A stretch of DNA of 33,467 bases. It comes from Planctomycetota bacterium (GTDB taxonomy: Bacteria > Planctomycetota > MHYJ01 > WSZJ01). The stretch covers positions 1 through 33,467 of the forward strand of contig JBBTCT010000037.1 in the NCBI GenBank assembly GCA_038060895.1, given 5' to 3'. Below the pieces are notes generated by a model. The model searched no databases and was not told the DNA's origin. It was given only the letters and a program-made list of their open reading frames with translations. A program made the position numbers and the translations under genes. This document shows, one piece after another, positions 11,003 through 19,565 of the stretch; position 1 is the first letter of the stretch, and the number at the start of each line of letters is the position of its first letter.

Positions 11003-11864
11003 GTTCATCGACGTTCTCCCGGCACGAGGTCCCAGTCGCGCCTGGCTCAAGGTCCGCCGCAGCCGCGCCGCCATGGCGGGCGCCCTGCTCGTCGCTCTCT
11101 ATCTCGGCGCCGCCGCGTTCGCGGGATTTGCGAAGCGCCCGCCGCGCGAGATCTCGCAGGATTCGCAGCTCCAGTCTCCCGGGGCGGGGAAGTGGTTCGG
11201 CACCGATCATCTCGGGCGCGACATGCTCTCCCGCGTCCTTCACGGGGCGCGCTGGTCGCTGTTCATCGGCGTCGTCTCCGTCGGCGTCGCCCTCATCATC
11301 GGCGTCCCGCTCGGCCTGTTCGCAGGCGCGGCGGGAGGCGCCGTGGACGCGCTCGTCATGCGGGTCGTGGACATCATGCTCGCGTTTCCCGCAATCCTGC
11401 TGGCCATCGCGATCGTCGCCACGCTCGGCCCGTCCCTCTTCAACCTCATGCTCGCCGTCGGTCTCGTAAACGTCCCGGTCTACGCTCGCCAGGTCCGCGC
11501 TTCCGTCCTCCAGGTCCGTGAACTCGACTACGTCACGGCCGCGCGTGCCCTCGGCGCCGGGCGGACGCGCATCATCGTGTTCCAGATCCTCCCGAACGTG
11601 GCCGCGCCGATCGTCGTGCTGGCAACGCTGGGCGTGGGAACGGCGATTCTCGAAGCGGCGGGGCTCGGATTCGTCGGGCTGGGCGTGGAGCCCGACACGC
11701 CGGAGTGGGGAACGATGCTGGCGCAGGCGCGCGAACACTCGTTCATGCAGTACCCGTGGACCGTGGCGGGGCCTGGAATCGCCATTTCGCTGGCCATCCT
11801 GGGGTTCAATCTCCTCGGCGACGCGTTGCGCGATGCCCTGGACCCCCGGTCGTCGAAAATCTGA
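10995..11864 (+). CDS. dppC: ABC peptide transporter permease DppC/OppC
   Basis: FGTDHLGRD..SR..HGAR.SL, DYVTAARALGA, ILPN, PEWG.ML and FNLLGDALRDALDP. Start at ATG 10995. Confidence 0.92.
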   Translation: MPEFIDVLPARGPSRAWLKVRRSRAAMAGALLVALYLGAAAFAGFAKRPPREISQDSQLQSPGAGKWFGTDHLGRDMLSRVLHGARWSLFIGVVSVGVALIIGVPLGLFAGAAGGAVDALVMRVVDIMLAFPAILLAIAIVATLGPSLFNLMLAVGLVNVPVYARQVRASVLQVRELDYVTAARALGAGRTRIIVFQILPNVAAPIVVLATLGVGTAILEAAGLGFVGLGVEPDTPEWGTMLAQAREHSFMQYPWTVAGPGIAISLAILGFNLLGDALRDALDPRSSKI

Positions 11865-11925
11865 AGCTTATGACGTAGAAGGAGTTGAAGCGGAATCCCG
11901 GGGCACGGCATTTTCGCTGTTTTCC

Positions 11926-11954
11926 TTGACACCGCCGGTACGTGCAAATACCCT
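11926..11954 (+). promoter_or_regulatory. Sigma70-type promoter
   Basis: TTGACA (11926-11931), 17-nt spacer, TACCCT (11949-11954), upstream of the GGAGG SD and ATG 12015. Confidence 0.65.
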
Positions 11955-12014
11955 ACCGGGCTCTTCCCCGCGCCCTCTTTCCGCCTGGACTATCCCTGGG
12001 AGGCATTAGCAACG

Positions 12015-13367
12015 ATGGCTGACGCTGCCACCGTCTCGAAGCTCCGTGACATCATCGAGAAAGACGAGATTTCCCTCGCGCAGATCATGGAAGCCCGCCG
12101 CGAGACCTATGGATCCATCGAACGCCGCCACGAGCTGGCCCGCATCGTCGATGGCAAGGACGTCGATCTTGAGAAGAAGCTCGGCGACAACAAGGGCCTC
12201 GGCCGCAAGGCTGCCGGCCAGTGGATCCTTGGCCGCACCAAGGAAGCGCTCGAGACGTTTTCCCACGTGCGCCCCTCGAAAGAGTCGCTCTTCGTCTCCG
12301 CGCTCGCGGCGATCGAAGCAAACGACCCTGAAAAGGCGCTCGAGTCGCTCGACAAGCTGAAGAGCCTCGACCTCGCCGACGGCGACGCCGTGCTGGTCAC
12401 GGGCGCTCGCTTCGAGGCGATGGAGAAGCAGGGGAAGCACGAGGAGATCCTCGCGGCGATCCCGAAGGCGATCAAGTCGCACGGCGAGCATCCCGACCTT
12501 CTGTACCACGCCGGAATGTGCTGCGACCTCACCGGCGCATACCCGGAGGCCGAGAAGCACTACGCACGCGCCCTCGAACTCGACCCGAACCACGAGCCCA
12601 CGCTCTTCCGGCTCGCGTACAACCACGACCTGCGGGGTGAGGACAAGGAAGCGCTGGAGGTTTACGAGCGCCTTCGCCTGATTCGCCCGCCGCGGGTTGC
12701 GACGCTGCTCAATCTCGGCGTTCTGTACGAAGACCGGGGCGACTACATGAAGGCCTCGGACTGCTACGAGCAGGTCCTCGACGTCTACCCGAACCACCAG
12801 CGCGCCCAGCTCTACTACAAGGACGCGCGCGCTTCACTCGGCATGTACTACGACGAGGAAGCGAAGCGTAAGGAAATGAAGTGGGGCAAGCTGCTGTCGA
12901 CGCCGATCGCGGAGTTCCAGCTGTCGGTGCGGAGCCGCAACTGCCTGGCACAGATCAACGTGATGACGCTGGGGGACATGGTGCGGAAGACGGAGGAGGA
13001 GCTGCTGACGGTGCGGAACTTCGGCGACACGTCGCTGAAGGAGATCCGGGAGCTGCTGCAGTCGAAGGGGCTGCGGCTGGCGAGGCCCGGCGAGGCCGGG
13101 ACGGAGCCGGTGCTGCCGTCCGACGTGCCGGCGCCGATGCCGGTCGTGGCGCGCCCGAAGGAAGACGTGCTGCAGAAGCTCATCGCGGAATTCGAGTGGA
13201 GCGCGCGCGCGAAGAAGGCGCTGGAAGGCCTCGGCGTGGGCGTGCTGGCGGACCTGACGATGAAGACGGAGAAGGAGCTGCTGGCGGTGAAGAACTTCGG
13301 GACGACGTCGCTGAACGAAGTGAAGCAGAAGCTGGCGCAGTACGGGTTGTCCCTGAAGGAAGGCTAG
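12015..13367 (+). CDS. TPR protein with two RNA polymerase alpha C-terminal domains
   Basis: TPR-like repeats (YARALELDPNH, NLGVLYEDRGDY..A..CYEQVL). Two alpha-CTD motifs: LSVRSRNCL...EEELL.VRNFG.TSLKEI and WSARAKKAL...EKELL.VKNFG.TSLNEV. No alpha-NTD, so this is not rpoA itself. Confidence 0.88.
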   Translation: MADAATVSKLRDIIEKDEISLAQIMEARRETYGSIERRHELARIVDGKDVDLEKKLGDNKGLGRKAAGQWILGRTKEALETFSHVRPSKESLFVSALAAIEANDPEKALESLDKLKSLDLADGDAVLVTGARFEAMEKQGKHEEILAAIPKAIKSHGEHPDLLYHAGMCCDLTGAYPEAEKHYARALELDPNHEPTLFRLAYNHDLRGEDKEALEVYERLRLIRPPRVATLLNLGVLYEDRGDYMKASDCYEQVLDVYPNHQRAQLYYKDARASLGMYYDEEAKRKEMKWGKLLSTPIAEFQLSVRSRNCLAQINVMTLGDMVRKTEEELLTVRNFGDTSLKEIRELLQSKGLRLARPGEAGTEPVLPSDVPAPMPVVARPKEDVLQKLIAEFEWSARAKKALEGLGVGVLADLTMKTEKELLAVKNFGTTSLNEVKQKLAQYGLSLKEG

Positions 13368-13389
13368 GTTTCGAGTGGGTTACACAGAG

Positions 13390-13424
13390 ACGGGGCTCGC
13401 CTTTGGCGAGTCCCGTTTTTTTTT
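13390..13424 (+). terminator. Intrinsic terminator
   Basis: 12-bp stem ACGGGGCTCGCC / GGCGAGTCCCGT (one G-U pair), TTT loop, followed by a T run. Confidence 0.9.
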
Positions 13425-13459
13425 GAACTTCAACCTCGTTCCATCGCGACAATAGAACT

Positions 13460-14479
13460 ATGCCCGCAACGACCGTGATGCCCGGAGTTCCCGACTGGTT
13501 CTGGATCGCCAGCGCAGCGGCGATGGGCGGCGCGATCGGGTCGTTCCTGAACGTCTGCATCTACCGTATGCCTCGCCGGTGCATGTCGATCTCGAACCCG
13601 AGGCACTCGCACTGCCCGCGCTGCGGCCACGCCATCCGGTGGTTCGAAAACATTCCCGTGCTCTCGTGGGTCTTCCTGCTCCGCGGGAAGTGCTCCTCGT
13701 GCCGTATGCCGATTTCCCCGATGTACCCGTTCGTCGAGGCGCTGACCGCGGCGTTCTTTGCGCTGGCGGCGATGATCGCCGTTGAACCCACGCCCTCGTG
13801 GCTTGCAGGCTCAGGGGCGGATTGGCTGCGCCCATTTGCGGCGACGCCCTTCATGCGCCTCGCCTGGTTCGCCGTCGCAGCGTGGCTCATCGCCGGGCTG
13901 ATCGTCTGCACGTTCATCGACTTTGAATTCCGGATCATTCCTGACCAGATTTCGATCAGCGGGATATGGCTGGCCCCGCTCCTGTCATTCGCCCTCCCGT
14001 GGCTGCACCGCCCCATCCTGCGCCTTCGACCGGGCACCTCTGTCGAAACCCTCACGGGTTTCGCGCACGTCGAGGGCCTCCTGGCCGCCCTGATCGGCGC
14101 CGCCGTCGCCGCCGGAGCGATCTGGATGGTCGGCTTCTTCGGCAAGGTCGCGTTCCGCAAGGAAGCCATGGGCTTCGGCGACGTGAAACTCATGGCCTGG
14201 ATGGGGGGCCTCCTCGGCTGGAAAGCGTCAATCTTCGTGTTCCTCATCGCCTCCTGTCTCGGCGCAGGAGTCGGGGTTCCCGTCATGGCCGCGAATCGCC
14301 TTACCAACGCCTGGCGCGCCGCGCGCGGGAAACCCCCGATCCCGTTCGATTCCTACCTCGCCTTCGGCCCCTACCTCGCCGCAGCCGGCCTCGCGATGTT
14401 CCTCTGGTACTCCGCCATCGATCGCTGGGCTTTCGAGGAATACCCGAAATTCCTCGAGTCGCTCTTCACGCGCGAATAA
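13460..14479 (+). CDS. pilD: Prepilin peptidase (A24 family, PilD/GspO-like)
   Basis: GSFLNVCIYRMP, CPRC and CSSC zinc motifs, ENIP..SW, catalytic ID and MGFGDVKL, AFGPYLA, multiple TM helices. Confidence 0.9.
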   Translation: MPATTVMPGVPDWFWIASAAAMGGAIGSFLNVCIYRMPRRCMSISNPRHSHCPRCGHAIRWFENIPVLSWVFLLRGKCSSCRMPISPMYPFVEALTAAFFALAAMIAVEPTPSWLAGSGADWLRPFAATPFMRLAWFAVAAWLIAGLIVCTFIDFEFRIIPDQISISGIWLAPLLSFALPWLHRPILRLRPGTSVETLTGFAHVEGLLAALIGAAVAAGAIWMVGFFGKVAFRKEAMGFGDVKLMAWMGGLLGWKASIFVFLIASCLGAGVGVPVMAANRLTNAWRAARGKPPIPFDSYLAFGPYLAAAGLAMFLWYSAIDRWAFEEYPKFLESLFTRE

Positions 14480-14582
14480 AGACCCTCAATTTTCCGCGAT
14501 CGCGCTTCAGGCGCCCCTCTCCGCACGCCGATCATCTCCCGGAGACACCACAGTCCGTCCGCCACTTCTCAGGAGAGGGATC

Positions 14583-15242
14583 ATGCGCGCCACTGCCAGA
14601 CTTCTCGCCATCGGCGCCCTCGGCCTCACTGCCGCGGGTTGTTCCACGACCGAGCTCGAAGAACAGATCCGCGACCGCGACCAGGAAGTCGCCGTCCTCC
14701 AGCAGGAAAACCAGGACCTTCGCAACCGGATCGCTTCCAAGGAGGGTTCCCTGCAGGATCTCCGCCACCAGCTCGCGGAGAAACCGAAGGAGGTCATCGT
14801 CGAGAAGACCGTAGTCGTTCCCGCGAAGCCGGCGACGGCGCTGACGGAAGCGGGCTTCAAGGTCGATGAGCGCGCCGAAGGCACGGCCATCGTCCTCGAA
14901 AGCGGCATCCTCTTCGACAGCGGCCAGGCGACGCTGACGCCTGCCGGCAAGGAGTCGATCGCGAAGCTCGTGAAGGTGCTGAAGAAGGACTACGCGGGCC
15001 GGAAGATCCGCGTCGAGGGTCACACGGACAACCAGCCGATCCGGATCATGACGACGCGCGGCTTCCGTTCGAACTGGGACCTCTCCTACGGTCGTGCGAA
15101 ATCGGTCTTCGACGAGCTGAACGGCACAGGGATCACGAAGATGTGCATCGGCTGCTACGCCGACACGAGGCCCAGGGCCGACAACAAGTCTGAGCCCGGC
15201 CGCAAGGAGAACCGGCGGGTGGAAGTCCTCCTCGAGAAGTAG
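14583..15242 (+). CDS. OmpA/MotB-like peptidoglycan-binding lipoprotein with coiled coil
   Basis: Lipobox TAAGC, heptad region, LFDSG.A.L, IRVEGHTD, SNWDLS..RA.SV and NRRVE. SD AGGAG upstream. Confidence 0.87.
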   Translation: MRATARLLAIGALGLTAAGCSTTELEEQIRDRDQEVAVLQQENQDLRNRIASKEGSLQDLRHQLAEKPKEVIVEKTVVVPAKPATALTEAGFKVDERAEGTAIVLESGILFDSGQATLTPAGKESIAKLVKVLKKDYAGRKIRVEGHTDNQPIRIMTTRGFRSNWDLSYGRAKSVFDELNGTGITKMCIGCYADTRPRADNKSEPGRKENRRVEVLLEK

Positions 15243-15268
15243 CCCCGGCAAATCGGTCGAAGAATCGC

Positions 15269-15304
15269 GCGGCAGGCCCGGTTACGGCCTGCCGCATTCT
15301 TTCT
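15269..15304 (+). terminator. Probable intrinsic terminator
   Basis: 10-bp stem GCGGCAGGCC / GGCCTGCCGC followed by ATTCTTTCT. Confidence 0.6.
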
Positions 15305-15387
15305 GCCCGCCCGCAAGCCCGCTCGCCCGCCCCTGGGTCATGCCAAACCGCGCGCCCCAACCGCCGCTCATGTAGACTTGGCCCTCC

Positions 15388-16122
15388 ATGCGCTTCGGCA
15401 TCATCTCGGACGTTCACGCCAACTGGGAAGCGATGCAGGCGGCTCTCGCGCGTCTCGACAAGGAGGGCGTTGACGAGATCGTCTGCCTCGGCGACGTCGT
15501 CGGCTACGGCGCCGACCCGAAGAAGTGCGTCAACGAGATCATGCGCCGGAAAATCGTGACGATTCGCGGCAACCACGAGCGCTACGTGGTCGGCGAGATC
15601 GACGAGGCGCTGAAGCCCGACACGGCGAAATCGATCGAGTGGACGCGTGGCCAGCTCAAGAACGAGGAATACACGGCCATCGAAGAGTGGCAGAACCGCC
15701 TCCGCCACCCGGGCGGATTCCTGATGTGCCACGGGTCGCCGCGCCACAAAGACGAGTACGTCCTCACGATCGACGCCGTCGTCGGCTCCCTGCGCGTCCT
15801 GCAGACGGAGTTCCCCGACACCAAGGTGGCGCTTCACGGCCACACGCACATGACCTCGCTCTTTGCCCCCGGCCAGGTCGTCAAGCCGATCCACAAGACC
15901 CAGGAGATCGCTCTCGATTTCTCAAAGGTCTACCTGCTCAATCCCGGAAGCGTCGGCCAGCCCCGCGACCGTTGCCCGCTCTCTTCGTACATGATCCTGG
16001 ACATGGAGAAGGCCAAGGCGACGTACTTCCGCGAGGAGTACGACCTCAAGGGCGCGCAGGCGAGGATCCGCGAAGTCGGGATGGCTGAGAAGTTTGCGGC
16101 TCGCCTCGAGACCGGAAACTAG
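15388..16122 (+). CDS. Calcineurin-like metallophosphoesterase
   Basis: SDVHAN, CLGDVVGYG, RGNHE, CHGSP, HGHTH and NPGSVGQPRD motifs. Confidence 0.92.
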   Translation: MRFGIISDVHANWEAMQAALARLDKEGVDEIVCLGDVVGYGADPKKCVNEIMRRKIVTIRGNHERYVVGEIDEALKPDTAKSIEWTRGQLKNEEYTAIEEWQNRLRHPGGFLMCHGSPRHKDEYVLTIDAVVGSLRVLQTEFPDTKVALHGHTHMTSLFAPGQVVKPIHKTQEIALDFSKVYLLNPGSVGQPRDRCPLSSYMILDMEKAKATYFREEYDLKGAQARIREVGMAEKFAARLETGN

Positions 16123-16181
16123 GGCGGGGAAGAGGAGCTGCTCGCGGTAAATCTAGATTGCCTCAGGCTGGCGATCCGGGG

Positions 16182-17558
<1,377 letters not shown>

Positions 17559-17575
17559 GGGGGCGGATTGTATCC

Positions 17576-17717
17576 CCCTCCAAGAATTGATCGTGCGAGA
17601 AAAGACCTGCAGGTCAGGCTCCGTCGGCCCGGGCGTGGTGACTTGTGCGGCTACGCTCAATCGGGCCGACTCCGCCCGACCCGCAGGTCTTTTCTCGCAC
17701 GTTCAATTCTCGGAGGG
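17576..17717. repeat. 142-bp long inverted-repeat element (MITE/REP-like hairpin)
   Basis: Arms 17576-17618 and 17675-17717 match at 39 of 43 positions as reverse complements. Inner stem GTCGGCCCG / CGGGCCGAC. Confidence 0.85.
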
Positions 17718-17728
17718 CCTTGTTACTC

Positions 17729-18208
17729 CTACGGCACCCGGTCCCTTGACGACTCGGCGCGGCCCTTGATCGGCAGGGCGTCCGAGTCGACCAGCGTGAC
17801 GAGTCGCACGACCAGGCGCGACGGGTCGCCTCCGAGGGACTCGAAGGCGACGCGGGCGACCACGACGCGGCCGCTCGGGTTGCGCTCGATCTGGTAGGCG
17901 GAGAGCTTGAGTTCTCCTGAGGTGAAGCCGCGCCGCGAGTACTGGGGCGGCGCGAATTCCGGCGTCGGCTCGACAGAAACGACGTGGACCAGCATGCGGT
18001 CGTAGACGAGCGTGATCGTGTAGGCGCCGAGGTCCCGGTCGCCGGTGTCGATGGAGATGTCCACGGGCTGCGGCCGAGTGAAGCCCGGCTTCGGTTCAGC
18101 AGACCTGCCGGCCGGCCGATCTTCGCGAACCGGCGACGCCTCGTCGCTGGCGCTGGAAGCGCATCCGGCGAGGACCGCGGCGAAGGCGAGGATCGAGAAC
18201 CTCTTCAT
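17729..18208 (-). CDS. Lipoprotein with cohesin-like beta-sandwich domain
   Basis: Lipobox VLAGC. The pattern VDISID....LGAYTITLVYD...V.VVSV....G.LKLS.......SG....ARVAF......S.L....LVD.D follows the cohesin strand pattern. ATGA overlap with the upstream gene. Confidence 0.72.
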   Translation of the reverse strand: MKRFSILAFAAVLAGCASSASDEASPVREDRPAGRSAEPKPGFTRPQPVDISIDTGDRDLGAYTITLVYDRMLVHVVSVEPTPEFAPPQYSRRGFTSGELKLSAYQIERNPSGRVVVARVAFESLGGDPSRLVVRLVTLVDSDALPIKGRAESSRDRVP

Positions 18209-18954
18209 TTGAGGTCCTCCTTCTCCGCGATGCGCTTCGCCGCGATCAGCGCGTCGGCGACGTCGGTGACTCCGTCCCCGTTGAGGTCCCGGGAGACGGG
18301 CTCGCCCTCGCCGAGAACCGTGCGCATGATGTCCATGCAGTCCGCGACCGTTACGTCGGCGAGCAGGCCCGCTGGCTCGGGAAGCCGCGGCGGAGGAGGG
18401 GTTCGATCGGGCGGCTTGGGAAGCGGCGGCAGTTCGCCGCCGGCGAGGAAGCCTCTTCCGCCGGGTGGAGCAGGCTCAGGATCGGGCGAGGGAGGCGTGG
18501 GGTCCGGCTTCGGATCCGCGGGGACGCCCACTTTAGGGTCGTCTGGAGGTTTGACGGGGGGGATCCCTGGGATTCCGGGGTCCGGGGGTTGGCGGTCGGC
18601 AGGGGCGTCCACTTGTGCTGTCGCTCGTCCCCCCGCAGGCGGAGTTTCGTGGTCCGACCTGTACTTGAGCCCGCCGATCACGGCCGCGAGCAGAACCGCT
18701 GCAGCGGCGGCCACCTGCCACCATCCGGCCGGCCGGCGGCGAGCCGCGTCGGCGGCCAGCTGCGGGATGGCCGCCCGGATGATCATGTCGTTCGCGTCCG
18801 GCACAGGCCGCTCGTCGGCGAGGGCGCGCAGCGCCCGGACCGCAAGCGTCACCGCGCGCTGCCGCTCTCGGCACTCCTCGCACCCCATCAGGTGCGAAGA
18901 GGCCTCCGCTGTAGGCGCAAGCATGAGATCGTTTGTGAGTTCGTCGCAGGTCAT
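18205..18954 (-). CDS. Zinc-finger (ZAS) anti-sigma factor with TM helix, Pro-rich linker and C-terminal dockerin-like domain
   Basis: MTC.E...HLMGCEECR (HxxxCxxC), TM WWQVAAAAAVLLAAVIGGL, a long Pro-rich stretch, then VTVADCMDIMRTVL...DLNGDGVTDVADALIAAKRI. Directly after an ECF sigma gene. Confidence 0.85.
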   Translation of the reverse strand: MTCDELTNDLMLAPTAEASSHLMGCEECRERQRAVTLAVRALRALADERPVPDANDMIIRAAIPQLAADAARRRPAGWWQVAAAAAVLLAAVIGGLKYRSDHETPPAGGRATAQVDAPADRQPPDPGIPGIPPVKPPDDPKVGVPADPKPDPTPPSPDPEPAPPGGRGFLAGGELPPLPKPPDRTPPPPRLPEPAGLLADVTVADCMDIMRTVLGEGEPVSRDLNGDGVTDVADALIAAKRIAEKEDLK

Positions 18955-19016
18955 GTTTTTCTTGCTGGCATTGGCTTCGGTGGGAACAGCCTCCGCCAGC
19001 TTCTTGTACAGCGCTG

Positions 19017-19565
19017 CTACAGGGGTTCAGTTCGCAATTTTCTCTGAAAATGCCCTTTCAAAAGCTCCAATCCGTTATGAATCCGCGATTTCACCGTCCC
19101 GACCGGAACGTCCAGCACTTCACTGATCTCCTCGTAGGGCAGGTCCTCGAAGAAACGAAGCGCCAGCGCCTCCCGGTAGACTTCGGGCATCTCCGCCAGG
19201 GCTTCCCGGACCTTGGCTGCCAGCTCGGTCCCGGCCGCGTGAGACTCGGGACCTGCCCCCGGGTCCGCCGCCGTTTCTTCCGTGATCGGCGCCGCCGAAC
19301 GTTTCTTTCGCCGGCGCAACTCCGTGACCGACAAGCTCGACACCACCTTGTACAGCAGCGTCGTGAACTTCGCGCGAGGCTCCCACTCGGGCGCCTTCCG
19401 GAACACGTAGAGAAACGCCTCCTGCACCACGTCTCCGGCCGCGTCCGCGTCTCCCAGCATCCCCGTCGCGTGCCGCATCGCCCGATCCCGGTTTCGCTCG
19501 TACAGCTGCCGGAACGCCTCCTCGTCGCCGCGTCGGCAGCACGCCATCAGCTCCTCGTCGGTCAT
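19017..19565 (-). CDS. ECF (sigma70 group 4) RNA polymerase sigma factor
   Basis: MTDEELM.....GDEEAF..LY, region 2 A.DVVQEAF and F.T.LY, region 4 YREAL.LR....L.YEEISEVL.VPVGTVKSRI. ATG 19565 overlaps the upstream stop (ATGA). Confidence 0.93.
   Translation of the reverse strand: MTDEELMACCRRGDEEAFRQLYERNRDRAMRHATGMLGDADAAGDVVQEAFLYVFRKAPEWEPRAKFTTLLYKVVSSLSVTELRRRKKRSAAPITEETAADPGAGPESHAAGTELAAKVREALAEMPEVYREALALRFFEDLPYEEISEVLDVPVGTVKSRIHNGLELLKGHFQRKLRTEPL

Noticed and set aside
14583-15242. Flagellar motB call
   Set aside because: It has a lipobox instead of the MotB TM plug with the conserved Asp, and there is no motA neighbour.
17559-17660. Upstream start for the cNMP kinase at 17660
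   Set aside because: The extension runs through the inverted-repeat element. The domain starts just after ATG 17558.
17729-18954. Cellulosome interpretation of the cohesin and dockerin
   Set aside because: There is a single cohesin on a small lipoprotein, the dockerin is on an anti-sigma, and no carbohydrate-active enzymes are visible in the window.
18995-19040. Possible ECF promoter (GAACT/GAACC ... GTACAA) at the sigma 3' end, before the anti-sigma
   Set aside because: The spacing is off and the -10 match is weak compared with the site at 28840-28867.
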